Below the pieces are notes generated by a model. It was given only the letters and a program-made list of their open reading frames with translations. It did not search any database and was not told where the DNA came from. Of a stretch of DNA of 37,128 nt, positions 23,290 to 32,398 are shown piece after piece (the first letter of the stretch is position 1; the number at the start of each line of letters is the position of its first letter). The stretch lies in the NCBI GenBank assembly GCA_027327295.1, contig DAHWAI010000015.1:1-37128 (forward strand), in the 5' to 3' direction. A program made the position numbers and the translations under genes. This DNA is from Candidatus Micrarchaeota archaeon (lineage in GTDB: Archaea > Micrarchaeota > Micrarchaeia > Micrarchaeales > Micrarchaeaceae).

Positions 23290-25008
23290 TATGAATATGA
23301 ATTCTAGAGGCTCCTTCCTGTCCAGTATGCAGAAGCCGAAACGCTCGAACTGAACGGTCTCGTGCTCTCGAAGTGACGACACATAGCTCTCGGCATAGCC
23401 ATCGGCGGCCTTCAGGCTGTCCTTGTTCAGCTTGCCATCCTTACCCAGGAGATCCATAGGCATTGTCACCTTGCACTGCACGAACGAGTCGGCTGGCACC
23501 CACTGCACCACCTGCGCGCCAGAGCTGGAAGATGAGACCTCCGCACCTATCCCGTCTTCGGCTGCACTGAGCACCTTTATGGCTGCGAGGTTCTTTAGGC
23601 GGAGGATGCTGCCAGCCTTCAGGTCCTGCGCGTCAGCTGCGCTTATGTAGAATTCCTTACCGAGCGTATATTTTCTGGAGCCGAGCTTTGCGTCGGTCGG
23701 GTGGAGCGGCAGCTCCACGCTCTTGGGAAGGTCGCCGGCAACGGTCACCTTCACAGGATCATGGACGAAGAAGAGGCGTTTTGACGTCGGGTCTATCACC
23801 TTCTTGTTCTCCGCAAACAGCGCAGTCAGGTCTACCGAGGTGTCCATCTTGCTCATCCCTGATTTGAGCACGAACTCGCGTATCGCCTGAGGCGTTATGC
23901 CCCGCCTCCTCAGCGCCGTTATAGTTATGAGCCTCGGGTCATCGAAGCCCGTAAGCGTGCCGTCGTCTATCATTGCGCGTATCTCCCTCTTCTGCGTCAC
24001 GTTGTTCAAGACGCGGAGGCGGGAGAACGCATGCAGGCGCGGGACCCGCATCTGGAGAGACTTGAGAACGTGCTCGTACATCTCTTCTGATTGCTCATAC
24101 TCCTTGCTGCGCAGCACGTCAGTTACGCCATGCAGCGAGTCCATAATTGGGGTGTTCAGGAAGTACGTCGGCCATACTACGTACTTATGCCCCTGCCTGT
24201 AGTGCTGCACCTTCACGACCCTCATTATTGTAGGGTCGCGCATCGTCGTGTTCTGCGAAGCCATGTCGCCTTTGAGCCTGATTATTATTTGGTCCTCGTC
24301 GTACTTGCCGGCGATCATCTGATCGAACAGTTCGATGTTTTGCTTGGCTGGCAGCTCCCTGTGCTCGCATGCTGTGCCCGAGAACCTGTTCTTCTTTATT
24401 GTATCTGGCGTGCAGCTGCACGCGTATGCGTTGCCTGTCGCAATGAGCTGTCTGCACAGGTCGTAGACTTTCTCTATGCCGTCGCTGGCATAGTATTCCT
24501 CGTCGAATGCGACTCCGAGCCACGATAGGTCCTTCTTATACGCGTCGACGAACTCCTGCTTCTCCTTCTTTGGATTCGTGTCGTCGAAATACAGGAACAG
24601 CTTGCCCTTGTATATCCTCGAGAACTCCTGGCTCAGGAACAGCTGCTTTGTGTGACCTATGTGCATGTAGCCGCTAGGCTCAGGCGGGAACCTTGCGGCG
24701 AACACGCCCTCTATCACACCTTCCAGCTTCATCTTCGGCTTCGCGGTGCGCTCTGCTCTGGCCTGCTCCTCGGCGGTGAACTCCTCGTCGTATCCAGAGT
24801 ATAGCTCCTTGAGCGCCGCCAAATCCATCTGGTTGATTGCTTCGACCGTCTGCTTCACTGCGGTGCGAAGCTCCTGCATGTCAGACTTCGCCTCGGGCGC
24901 CTTCGAGAGCACCTTGTTGAAGACGCTGCCCTCGTTCGCCTTGCCGTACTGGAAGGCGTTCTTCGCCGCGTATTTGCGCACGAGTTCCTTAATGCTGTTG
25001 CTTAGCAT
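23281..25008 (-). CDS. gltX: glutamate--tRNA ligase (archaeal GluRS)
   Basis: RFPPEPSGYMHIGHTK (HIGH), MSK motif (LKSGMSKMD), and the archaeal-type N-terminal helical extension (YAAKNAFQYGKANEGSVFNKVL). Confidence 0.9.
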   Translation of the reverse strand: MLSNSIKELVRKYAAKNAFQYGKANEGSVFNKVLSKAPEAKSDMQELRTAVKQTVEAINQMDLAALKELYSGYDEEFTAEEQARAERTAKPKMKLEGVIEGVFAARFPPEPSGYMHIGHTKQLFLSQEFSRIYKGKLFLYFDDTNPKKEKQEFVDAYKKDLSWLGVAFDEEYYASDGIEKVYDLCRQLIATGNAYACSCTPDTIKKNRFSGTACEHRELPAKQNIELFDQMIAGKYDEDQIIIRLKGDMASQNTTMRDPTIMRVVKVQHYRQGHKYVVWPTYFLNTPIMDSLHGVTDVLRSKEYEQSEEMYEHVLKSLQMRVPRLHAFSRLRVLNNVTQKREIRAMIDDGTLTGFDDPRLITITALRRRGITPQAIREFVLKSGMSKMDTSVDLTALFAENKKVIDPTSKRLFFVHDPVKVTVAGDLPKSVELPLHPTDAKLGSRKYTLGKEFYISAADAQDLKAGSILRLKNLAAIKVLSAAEDGIGAEVSSSSSGAQVVQWVPADSFVQCKVTMPMDLLGKDGKLNKDSLKAADGYAESYVSSLREHETVQFERFGFCILDRKEPLEFIFISK

Positions 25009-25021
25009 CTTCGCACCTGGC

Positions 25022-25624
25022 TTAAGCGTACGTGACGGTCATGTTTCCGCATACGCCACCCGTTGAGGTGAGCAGCGTGAGTACCTTGACTGGCACCGTC
25101 GACCCTAATGCTTCTATCGAGCTGACAGGCATTAGGTACTTGGTAGTCGTGGGCGTTATCCGCACGGAAGAGCCCGAGAACGACACGACGAACGTGCTGG
25201 GCAGGCTGACGGATGCCTTGGCTGATGTTCCGGTTATCGCGTTGGCGCCTATGCTTGAGGAGAGCGCGCTGTATATCGCATACGGGGCAGAGTCGTTCGC
25301 GGACAATATGTCAAAGGCGTTGTTATTGGGCGTTACCTCTATTATCAGTCCATTGCTGACCATTGAGTTTAGCAGCGTTGAGGTGCTGTTCACCACCGAG
25401 GCGCTATTTGTTACTGTCAGCGAGAAGCCGCTCGCGTACCCGTTGAGCGTGGCAGGCACGCTCTCGTTCACCCACGGACCAGACGTGCACGACTGCCTGA
25501 TTGATGTAGTTGATGTAGTATTCCCTGTCGAATTGTTCGAAACCATGTATGCACTTACGAACATGACGGCCACTATTATTGTGCCGATGAGCATCATGTA
25601 GCCACGAGCTTTTGTGCTTGCCAT
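25022..25624 (-). CDS. Ser/Thr-rich membrane-anchored or pilin-like secreted protein
   Basis: MASTKARG|YMMLIGTIIVAVMFVSAYMV resembles a class III (prepilin-like) signal, followed by an NST/NTT-rich extracellular body. The longest ORF starts at 25669. Confidence 0.45.
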   Translation of the reverse strand: MASTKARGYMMLIGTIIVAVMFVSAYMVSNNSTGNTTSTTSIRQSCTSGPWVNESVPATLNGYASGFSLTVTNSASVVNSTSTLLNSMVSNGLIIEVTPNNNAFDILSANDSAPYAIYSALSSSIGANAITGTSAKASVSLPSTFVVSFSGSSVRITPTTTKYLMPVSSIEALGSTVPVKVLTLLTSTGGVCGNMTVTYA

Positions 25625-25778
25625 TGAAACATCGCTTTGCCTCCTGCTTTTCTGCTTGGAAGGATACAATCTTTACATATGACTTTAAGGCTTTTATACT
25701 TATACGGGAAAAGGAACCTGCCGGCAGGCATTCGCTAACGCGTCTTCTTTCGCCGGCGCACAACAAAGGTGTTTAGAG

Positions 25779-26537
25779 ATGGCTTTCAAGGATGGAGACT
25801 TTGTAGAGATAGAGTACACTGCGCGTGACGCAGCAGATGACAGCATACTTGCGACGACGAGCGAGAAGACCGCTAAAGACGCGAATATCTACAGCAAGGA
25901 TTCTCACTACGGACCGGTACTCGTCGTGCTGGGGGCCAACGCAGTGGTGAAGGGCTTAGAGCGCGAGATCAGGGATATGGGAGTAGGCCAGGAGAAGAGA
26001 TTCACGCTGAAGCCGGAGGAGGCGTTCGGTACAAGGAACGAGGACCTGGTCAGGGTTATGCCGCTTTCGGAGTTCAGGTCGCAACGCATAGACCCGTACC
26101 CAGGCATGCGCATAAACCTCGACAACGTTACCGCAACTGTGAAGAGCGTCGGCTCCGGAAGGGTGGTCGTCGATGCGAACCACCCGGACGCAGGCAAGGA
26201 GATAAAGTATGAAGTCAAGGTGGTGAAGCAGTTAAGCAGCGAGAGCGAGAGGGTTGGGGCTCTATGCAGGACATACGACGTCGAACCGACTTCCATAGAC
26301 CTGAAGGACAAGAAGCTCGACATGTACTTCGGCGACAAGGTGAAGAAGAACGCAGACTACTTCGTGAATAGGGCCAGTGCTATGGCTTCCATATTCTCTT
26401 ACCTGAAAAACATTGAGAAGATAGAGGTCAGGGAGGAATACCTAAGGAGCAGTGCCATAGGTTCCGCAGAGGAACACATCCACGAGCATGGGCATGAGGA
26501 CGGGAACGCACCCGGAAGCCAAGAGGAGACGGGCTGA
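25779..26537 (+). CDS. long-type archaeal FKBP peptidyl-prolyl isomerase (SlyD-like, His-rich tail)
   Basis: GDFVEIEYTAR..., VVLGANAVVKGLEREIRDMGVGQEKRFTLKPEEAFG, an IF-domain insert, and a C-terminal EEHIHEHGHEDG. Confidence 0.85.
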   Translation: MAFKDGDFVEIEYTARDAADDSILATTSEKTAKDANIYSKDSHYGPVLVVLGANAVVKGLEREIRDMGVGQEKRFTLKPEEAFGTRNEDLVRVMPLSEFRSQRIDPYPGMRINLDNVTATVKSVGSGRVVVDANHPDAGKEIKYEVKVVKQLSSESERVGALCRTYDVEPTSIDLKDKKLDMYFGDKVKKNADYFVNRASAMASIFSYLKNIEKIEVREEYLRSSAIGSAEEHIHEHGHEDGNAPGSQEETG

Positions 26538-26541
26538 TTGC

Positions 26542-26733
26542 CTACTCCTTTATGTTCAGGGCGAAGGTGCTGTTCACCTTGAGACCCAGCTTCTTGGCTA
26601 TGTCGGACCTTTCCACGTTCAGCATTATCACGTAGCCGTTCCAGCGTGACGTGAGGTCGCTGGACCCGCAGAGCGGACACTTGCCCCCATGACTGATTAT
26701 TATCCTGCAGCTCTTGCAGACCATCTCTTCCAT
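26542..26733 (-). CDS. spt4: transcription elongation factor Spt4 (RpoE'')
   Basis: 63 aa with a CKSC...CPLCG zinc ribbon followed by W.GYVIML. It lies downstream of Rpo7, as in the conserved archaeal operon. Confidence 0.85.
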   Translation of the reverse strand: MEEMVCKSCRIIISHGGKCPLCGSSDLTSRWNGYVIMLNVERSDIAKKLGLKVNSTFALNIKE

Positions 26734-26737
26734 AACA

Positions 26738-27319
26738 TCACCTCTTGCCCTTCGAGCCCTTGGCCCTGCGCGCCTTTGCCGCTTCGCTCATCGAGGCCCA
26801 CTCCGGCTTCCCTAGACCTTCAGGTCTCATTGTAAGTGCTATCTTCGAGTCCTTTACCGACGTCTTTATACTCACGGTAGATATCTTCGCATAGACCACG
26901 TCGCCCTTCTTGAGGCTCCTGCCGCTGCGCTTTGAGACGAAGGCTGGCACGCGTTTGTCGTACGTGAGAAACTCGTCAGTTATCTGAGAGACGTGCACCA
27001 GGCCGTCCATGGGCCCTATGCGCACGAAGGCGCCGAACTCCACGAGCTCGGTAACCTCGCCGACTATGACCTCGTCGATCCTCGGCATGAACGCCAGCAC
27101 GTCGAACTTGGCAGAGTGGTGCGTGGCTGGATCACCCGGGTAGATTATCCCGTCGCTTATGTCCCTGACGTTGAACACGGCTATTATGACGCCCATACCT
27201 TTGTCTATGACGCCCTCGTACTTGCCCTCCAGAACTTCGGTCGCGACCTTCTCTATGTCCTTGTCGAAGTACTCTGGTGCGAGCTTGAACGTGTCTGTAA
27301 CTGTGTACATGTTATACAT
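26738..27319 (-). CDS. rpoE: DNA-directed RNA polymerase subunit Rpo7 (E')
   Basis: N-terminal MY..TVTDTFKLAPEYF... and the S1 domain VGEVTELVEFGAFVRIGPMDGLVHVSQI. The start is uncertain among the ATGs at 27340, 27319 and 27310. Confidence 0.85.
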   Translation of the reverse strand: MYNMYTVTDTFKLAPEYFDKDIEKVATEVLEGKYEGVIDKGMGVIIAVFNVRDISDGIIYPGDPATHHSAKFDVLAFMPRIDEVIVGEVTELVEFGAFVRIGPMDGLVHVSQITDEFLTYDKRVPAFVSKRSGRSLKKGDVVYAKISTVSIKTSVKDSKIALTMRPEGLGKPEWASMSEAAKARRAKGSKGKR

Positions 27320-27355
27320 GGTTTCACCGTTTGAGCACAATCAGTGTTCGGGCAG

Positions 27356-27727
27356 TCATCTCAGCTTGCCACTCTTTGAGAGCTTGGCGGTCCGCACCCC
27401 CAAAGACTTGAGTTTCATCAGCAGCTCGGTGTCGTTGGTAACGACGACCGTGCCCGGCATGCTGGCCGCCTTCCTGATTATCCAGGAGTCGACATTGCCC
27501 GTATTAGTATCAACTCTAATCTTTTTAAGTTTTAGTATTGAGAGGGCCACCCTGGCCGCGGCGCCTTTTGCGCCCCTGTTGCTCGATGCTTTCTCAAGCT
27601 CGCGCAGCGTACCTCTCGAAACCAATGGTTCCAGGCCGGAAAACGCGCGCTCCGCAATGGCGAAGGCGTCCTTCCTGTAGGAGAAACCGAAGAGTATAGA
27701 GCTCGTGTCGATTATCGCGTATGCCAT
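27356..27727 (-). CDS. PIN-domain protein (Fcf1/COG1412-like) of the Rpo7-Spt4 operon
   Basis: MAYAIIDTSSILF (first acidic residue) ... VVVTNDTELLMKLKSLGV (distal Asp). The ATG at 27727 is preferred over the ORF-track start at 27871, which would run through the divergent promoter. Confidence 0.7.
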   Translation of the reverse strand: MAYAIIDTSSILFGFSYRKDAFAIAERAFSGLEPLVSRGTLRELEKASSNRGAKGAAARVALSILKLKKIRVDTNTGNVDSWIIRKAASMPGTVVVTNDTELLMKLKSLGVRTAKLSKSGKLR

Positions 27728-27785
27728 GATATCATTATCACGCCCAACACTTAATAAGATTTCCAGCCAAGCCAAATCTGGTATT

Positions 27786-28202
27786 ATGGACGACGTTGAC
27801 AGAATCGCGGAGCACATACTCAAAATATGCCGCACCATTGCTGTAGTGGGTTGCTCCAGGACCGCAGGCAAGCCCAGCCACGATGTGCCGATGTATTTGC
27901 AAAATAATGGTTACAGGATAATACCTGTCAACCCGAACGCGGACAATATACTCGGGGAGAAGGCTTACGCGAAGCTCCTTGACATAAAGAAGCCAATAGA
28001 CGTGGTTGATGTCTTCAGACCTGCGCCTGAGGCACCTGCCATCGCCGAGGAAGCCTTCAGGATCGGAGCGAAGGCCCTGTGGCTCCAGGAGGGCATAGTC
28101 AGCGAGGAGGCGGCACGCATAGCCAAGGGCCATGGCATGCCGTTCGTGATGGACAGGTGCATGATGAAGGAGCACTACAGATTCATAGCAAAGATTGTTT
28201 AG
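27786..28202 (+). CDS. CoA-binding domain protein (YccU/YneT family)
   Basis: IAVVGCSRTAGKPSHDVPMYLQNNGYRIIPVNP, DVVDVFRP, GAKALWLQEG. The ATG at 27786 is preferred. Confidence 0.8.
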   Translation: MDDVDRIAEHILKICRTIAVVGCSRTAGKPSHDVPMYLQNNGYRIIPVNPNADNILGEKAYAKLLDIKKPIDVVDVFRPAPEAPAIAEEAFRIGAKALWLQEGIVSEEAARIAKGHGMPFVMDRCMMKEHYRFIAKIV

Positions 28203-28206
28203 TCAT

Positions 28207-28593
28207 TCAGGCGTCAGTGCCCTTCAGCTTCTTCAACCGTTGGTTGAGCATTGAGAACAGCACCACGGCATTGTTGCGCTTTGTGTCCCTCGACGCGTAG
28301 AGCAAAGTGAGGGGGTCTGTCGTGAGTGCTAGATCTACGAGCTTGAGGAAAGCGCGGCTGTCGCGCAGTTCAGCGATGTACCGTCTGCGAAACTCGGACC
28401 ACTTGTCCGGCTCATGCATGTACCATTTGCGCAGCTCCTTTGTAGGGGCGACGTCCTTCATCCACAGGTCAACGGTCGAGGTACTGCGGCGTATGCCGCG
28501 GGGCCAAAGTCTGTCAATGAGGATGCGCGTGCCGTCCCTTATCTCGGCCTTATCGTAGACCCTCTTGAGCTGTATCATTTCCTCTGTAAGCAT
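28207..28593 (-). CDS. DUF488-family protein
   Basis: KRVYD....DGTRILIDRLWPRGI......DLWMKDVAPTKELRKW..H....W.EFRRRY..EL and LLYASRD...NNAVVL match the DUF488 pattern. The start is at 28593 or 28578. Confidence 0.75.
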   Translation of the reverse strand: MLTEEMIQLKRVYDKAEIRDGTRILIDRLWPRGIRRSTSTVDLWMKDVAPTKELRKWYMHEPDKWSEFRRRYIAELRDSRAFLKLVDLALTTDPLTLLYASRDTKRNNAVVLFSMLNQRLKKLKGTDA

Positions 28594-28740
28594 ATGATGG
28601 CATCTTTTTAAAGCTTGCCGTGTATTCGGCAACTGCTTTTCACCGAGGCGTAAAATGCACTTCCTATCCTCTAACTCTCACAGAAAGGTTTAAAAAGTCT
28701 AACATGGTATATACCGTGACCGACGGAAATGGTGTATTAT

Positions 28741-29115
28741 ATGGGTATTTTTGACAGGCTTGGCAAAGGCCTTGGGATGGGTAAGGAGCTCAATGTCGAG
28801 GAATACATGAACTCCGCTGAGATGGAGAATGTCGACGTGCTGAACGAGCCGGCGGACTTCTACGTGAAGCCAGTGGCGCTGAAGGACGAGGCAGACATAG
28901 CCCTGATAGAGGCCGAGCTGGAGAAGCGCAACATCATCCTTCTCAACATAGCCGAGATGTCTAAGAGGCAGAACACGCTCAAGGGTATGATCGACACGCT
29001 CAAGGACTACATTGGCAAGCAGAACGGCGACATCGCGATGATAGATGTCGACAAGGTACTGCTGACGCCTGCCAAGGTAAAGATCATAAAGAAGCAGAAA
29101 CCTGACAGCAAGTGA
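28741..29115 (+). CDS. sepF: archaeal SepF-like cell-division protein (DUF552)
   Basis: MGIFDRLGKG N-terminal membrane-targeting-like helix, then YVKPVALKDEADIALIEAELEKRNIILLNIAEM...LKGMIDTLKDYIGKQNGDIAMIDVDKVLLTP, typical of the SepF core. Confidence 0.7.
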   Translation: MGIFDRLGKGLGMGKELNVEEYMNSAEMENVDVLNEPADFYVKPVALKDEADIALIEAELEKRNIILLNIAEMSKRQNTLKGMIDTLKDYIGKQNGDIAMIDVDKVLLTPAKVKIIKKQKPDSK

Positions 29116-29243
29116 CTGGACGCGGCCTGCTGGCCTGCGTCACACCTTTTTCTTTTCTTTCTGGGATGAGGAACCGAAGGTCCAGTCAACCTATGCTATG
29201 TAGTAGATACCATTGTCCACTTCAACCATCTTGACAGGGCAAT

Positions 29244-30281
29244 TCAGTCGCCGACCTTCGGGTCCCACACGATTGTAGCGTACTCCTTCTTCGTGTCCAC
29301 GCTTCTTATTGGGAGCCTCCCAAACAGCACCTCCTTCACGTCCCCGTACCTCATCTTCAGGTTGTGCTTCGTGAAGAGGCTCTTGTGGTACTTGATGTCG
29401 GCCTCGTACGCTACCTCGTGGCTGTCGAATGCACCCATGGTGAAGAAGTCGTCGGAACCTATCAAGGGGGCGCATATGATATATCTGCTCACCAGCGAAT
29501 TTTGGTCGTCGGTCATGAAGGCCAGCCTCGCGTTGGAAGAACTGCTCTCGTACCCGTACACTGGAGTATAGCGGGAGAAGAAGGATATGAATGTTATGTC
29601 CTTAAGCAGAGGCAGCGTCACGGTGGGTCGCTTGATGTAACCCATACTCATTAGCTTGTCGTAGTTGTACTTGACGGTGTTGAAGTGCATGCCAAGCTCC
29701 TTCGAGAGCTGCTGGAACGAGATCCTTGAATTGTTGTTCAGGAGCTTCAGCATGGGCTTGTACTTCTCTTCTATCCTGGCCCTGTCTATTGCCTCGCCGC
29801 GCAGGGGAAAGAACCCAAGCTGCCTGTGCACAACCTCGGACGGTTTCCATTCCGCAGCGTAGTCCCCTAACAATATGCGCATGCTCTTGTCCCACTGTGC
29901 GTACTCGCGGGTTGAGAAGGCGTTGGCGTACACTATCATATCGTACGAGCCTGATGTTACGAGCGCAAGCTGGGGTATGTAAGACTTGAGCAGCAGCTCG
30001 CTTATCTTCCGGTAGTTGGGCTGCTTCAGGAACTTTATGTTTATAAGGTGGGGGCTCGTGAAGCCCATGGCTTGCTCGTCCACCTCCAGCGTGTACCTCA
30101 TGCCGAGATCGGTCTCAAGCCTTCTGAGCTTCTCCTTCACCGAGGGCCTGGAGAGCGAGAGCCGCTTGGCCATCTCTGTCACCGAGAGTCTCGCGTCCTC
30201 AGACAGCATGCGCACTATTTTACGTGTAGGCATGCTGTATGCCGTGTTGAACTTGCTCTCAATCTTGTACTCGCCAGCCAT
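29244..30281 (-). CDS. Lrp/AsnC-like transcription regulator with two tandem HTH-plus-effector modules
   Basis: Module 1: RKIVRMLSEDARLSVTEMAKRLSLSRPSVKEKLRRLE. Module 2: KPMLKLLNNNSRISFQQLSKELGMHFNTVKYNYDKLMSMGYI. A beta-rich segment follows each module. Confidence 0.55.
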   Translation of the reverse strand: MAGEYKIESKFNTAYSMPTRKIVRMLSEDARLSVTEMAKRLSLSRPSVKEKLRRLETDLGMRYTLEVDEQAMGFTSPHLINIKFLKQPNYRKISELLLKSYIPQLALVTSGSYDMIVYANAFSTREYAQWDKSMRILLGDYAAEWKPSEVVHRQLGFFPLRGEAIDRARIEEKYKPMLKLLNNNSRISFQQLSKELGMHFNTVKYNYDKLMSMGYIKRPTVTLPLLKDITFISFFSRYTPVYGYESSSSNARLAFMTDDQNSLVSRYIICAPLIGSDDFFTMGAFDSHEVAYEADIKYHKSLFTKHNLKMRYGDVKEVLFGRLPIRSVDTKKEYATIVWDPKVGD

Positions 30282-30394
30282 GATGGCGATTGCGTGCCAA
30301 AGCTTATATACTTTTCATAATAACAAAGAAATGTATCGATTTTGTATAAATATGGAGCATTTATATTCCTGCATTTCTTATTAGTCCCGATGCA

Positions 30395-31678
30395 ATGATG
30401 ATAAAGACAAAGGCTTACATATTCATAACTGCGGCGCTCATATTCGGCGCGCTCTTCCCCCTGGCGCTGGAAGTGGCTGACACCCAGGGAGTCAACATCT
30501 TCGCGTTCCTGTTCCTGGCGTTCCTCATGGCCATGCCTGCCTCGCTCCTGCTGGTCGTAGCTAAGGGCAAGATAGGCAAGCTAAAGGAATACCTGAGAAA
30601 CCCTAAAGAATTCCTCCTCATCGGTGCTGTAGGATTTATCAACCTAGCGTTCGTTGATTATGGCATAGTGTATGCAGAGAAGTTCGTGAGCGCCTCGCTC
30701 GCAACTGTGCTTTACAGGATGCAGCCGCTGCTCATGCTGCTCTTCATACCATTCCTGCTTAGGGAACATATTTCCAAGATACAGATTACGGCGCTCTTGC
30801 TGGCCTTCCTTGGCATATACATAGCGTTTAGCGCCGGTGGAACTTCGCTCTTTGCTGGAGCAAACGGCAGCATAGTGCTCTTCCTAGTCGCCATGACGCT
30901 CATTTCGGCATTTGCGACCGTCTTCCTGAAGAGATACAACACAGACATGGAGAGTACCATGTTCATGTTCAACACCGTTGCGCTGGCGATATCCTTCATC
31001 CTGTTCCTGTACAGCGGCGGACATCTGCCCGCACTACAACTTCCGTCGATAGTGGCAATCGCGTACATAGGGCTGGTGACCAACATAGCAATGCCGTTCT
31101 TCTACTACAGCGCCTTCAGAACATTGAAGACGACGTTTGTGACGAACTTCTACTTTCTGTCACCTTTCATGACGATGCTGTTCGCGAACCTCCTCTTCGG
31201 GGAGCCAATCTATCCTTACTACCTTGCGATAGCTGCACTAGTAACCGTCGGAATTTTCATACAGAGGTTCGACAGGACAGGTGGCAAGTATGTAGTAAAG
31301 AACAGGAAGGCGCTGGAGGATGCGCCGCAGATAGCGGATATAACTGGCGCGTTCCTGAACACGAAGGTCAGCGCGATAAACACTGCCATCAGGGGAAACG
31401 GACGCGTACTGGCCATGAAAGTCGACAGGCACCTCTACGATAGCGTCATGGAGAAGGCCAGGAATGAGGACGGCCAGTCACCTGGTCCGCTGTTCGTATA
31501 CGCCAGCCACGACAGCAGTATAGTAGGAAGTGATGAGAACGCATTCATATCCGAGGCGCTGGATCCTGACGAGAACGAGACTGTGCTGATGAGCGCCGGA
31601 GACCCGGAGGCCAGCGAACGGTTCTTCTACTCAGTCAAGTCGGGGCTCGACAACCTGCAGGAAGCAGGCAGGCGCTAG
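30395..31678 (+). CDS. DMT/EamA-family transporter with a C-terminal soluble extension of about 135 aa
   Basis: About 10 TM helices in two EamA-like halves, followed by a hydrophilic tail from around RFDRTGGKYVVKN to the end. Confidence 0.7.
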   Translation: MMIKTKAYIFITAALIFGALFPLALEVADTQGVNIFAFLFLAFLMAMPASLLLVVAKGKIGKLKEYLRNPKEFLLIGAVGFINLAFVDYGIVYAEKFVSASLATVLYRMQPLLMLLFIPFLLREHISKIQITALLLAFLGIYIAFSAGGTSLFAGANGSIVLFLVAMTLISAFATVFLKRYNTDMESTMFMFNTVALAISFILFLYSGGHLPALQLPSIVAIAYIGLVTNIAMPFFYYSAFRTLKTTFVTNFYFLSPFMTMLFANLLFGEPIYPYYLAIAALVTVGIFIQRFDRTGGKYVVKNRKALEDAPQIADITGAFLNTKVSAINTAIRGNGRVLAMKVDRHLYDSVMEKARNEDGQSPGPLFVYASHDSSIVGSDENAFISEALDPDENETVLMSAGDPEASERFFYSVKSGLDNLQEAGRR

Positions 31679-32391
31679 GCACTTCTGGCGCTTCTCCTTT
31701 CCTTTAGGGCGCGCTTGGAGAACGCGACCGATAGCGTCCTGAGCTCCTGCTTCGTCGGCGATGCCCTGTCGAGCAGGTGCGCGAACGCATCGCTGACCGC
31801 ACGCTTGTCGCGTATGTCATGCCTCGAGCGCACGAGCGACTCGAAGAGCTTCTTCACAACCTGCGCCTCCTTAGGGGTTGCATAGAGGTCAGCTATGGTC
31901 CGCTCGGCCTCCACAGCGTCCGCGAGCTCGTAGAGAAGTATGGCGAGCGCGTGCGTTATGTTGAGCGTCGGATAGCCCTTCGCGGCAGGTATGAAAACTG
32001 TCGCATCGCACGCTGCCAGCTCATCCTTCGTCAGGCCAGTGCCATCCCTGCCTATGAGCAGCGCGACGTCGCGGCCGTGGACCTTGCGCAGCACGCGCTT
32101 GAGCGTACGCGGCGTGTAGACGTTGAACATTCCGCGCTCGGCCTTGTGCCATATGGCAGTTGTGCCCACCCTGAAGGCGGGGCCAGTTGCCTGAGATATT
32201 GAGGCACATACCTTCGCCCGTTCGAGCAGGTCCTTCGCGTGCTTCGAGTACTTCACCGCCTGCTTGCCTGTGTGGTTGCACTTCGGCCTTACTAAGTACA
32301 TGCGTGCCACGCCGAAGTTCTTCAGCACGCGCGCAGCGTACCCAAGGTTAACCTGGTACATCGGCTCGATAAAGATAACCTTCAGGGTCAT
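31675..32391 (-). CDS. SpoU/TrmH-family RNA 2'-O-methyltransferase (TrmJ-like)
   Basis: KVIFIEPMYQVNLGYAARVLKNFG, ALLIGRDGTGLT and LNITHALAILLYEL are SPOUT motifs. The ATG at 32391 is preferred. The 3' end overlaps the convergent DMT gene by 4 nt. Confidence 0.7.
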   Translation of the reverse strand: MTLKVIFIEPMYQVNLGYAARVLKNFGVARMYLVRPKCNHTGKQAVKYSKHAKDLLERAKVCASISQATGPAFRVGTTAIWHKAERGMFNVYTPRTLKRVLRKVHGRDVALLIGRDGTGLTKDELAACDATVFIPAAKGYPTLNITHALAILLYELADAVEAERTIADLYATPKEAQVVKKLFESLVRSRHDIRDKRAVSDAFAHLLDRASPTKQELRTLSVAFSKRALKERRSARSA

Positions 32392-32398
32392 GCGACCA

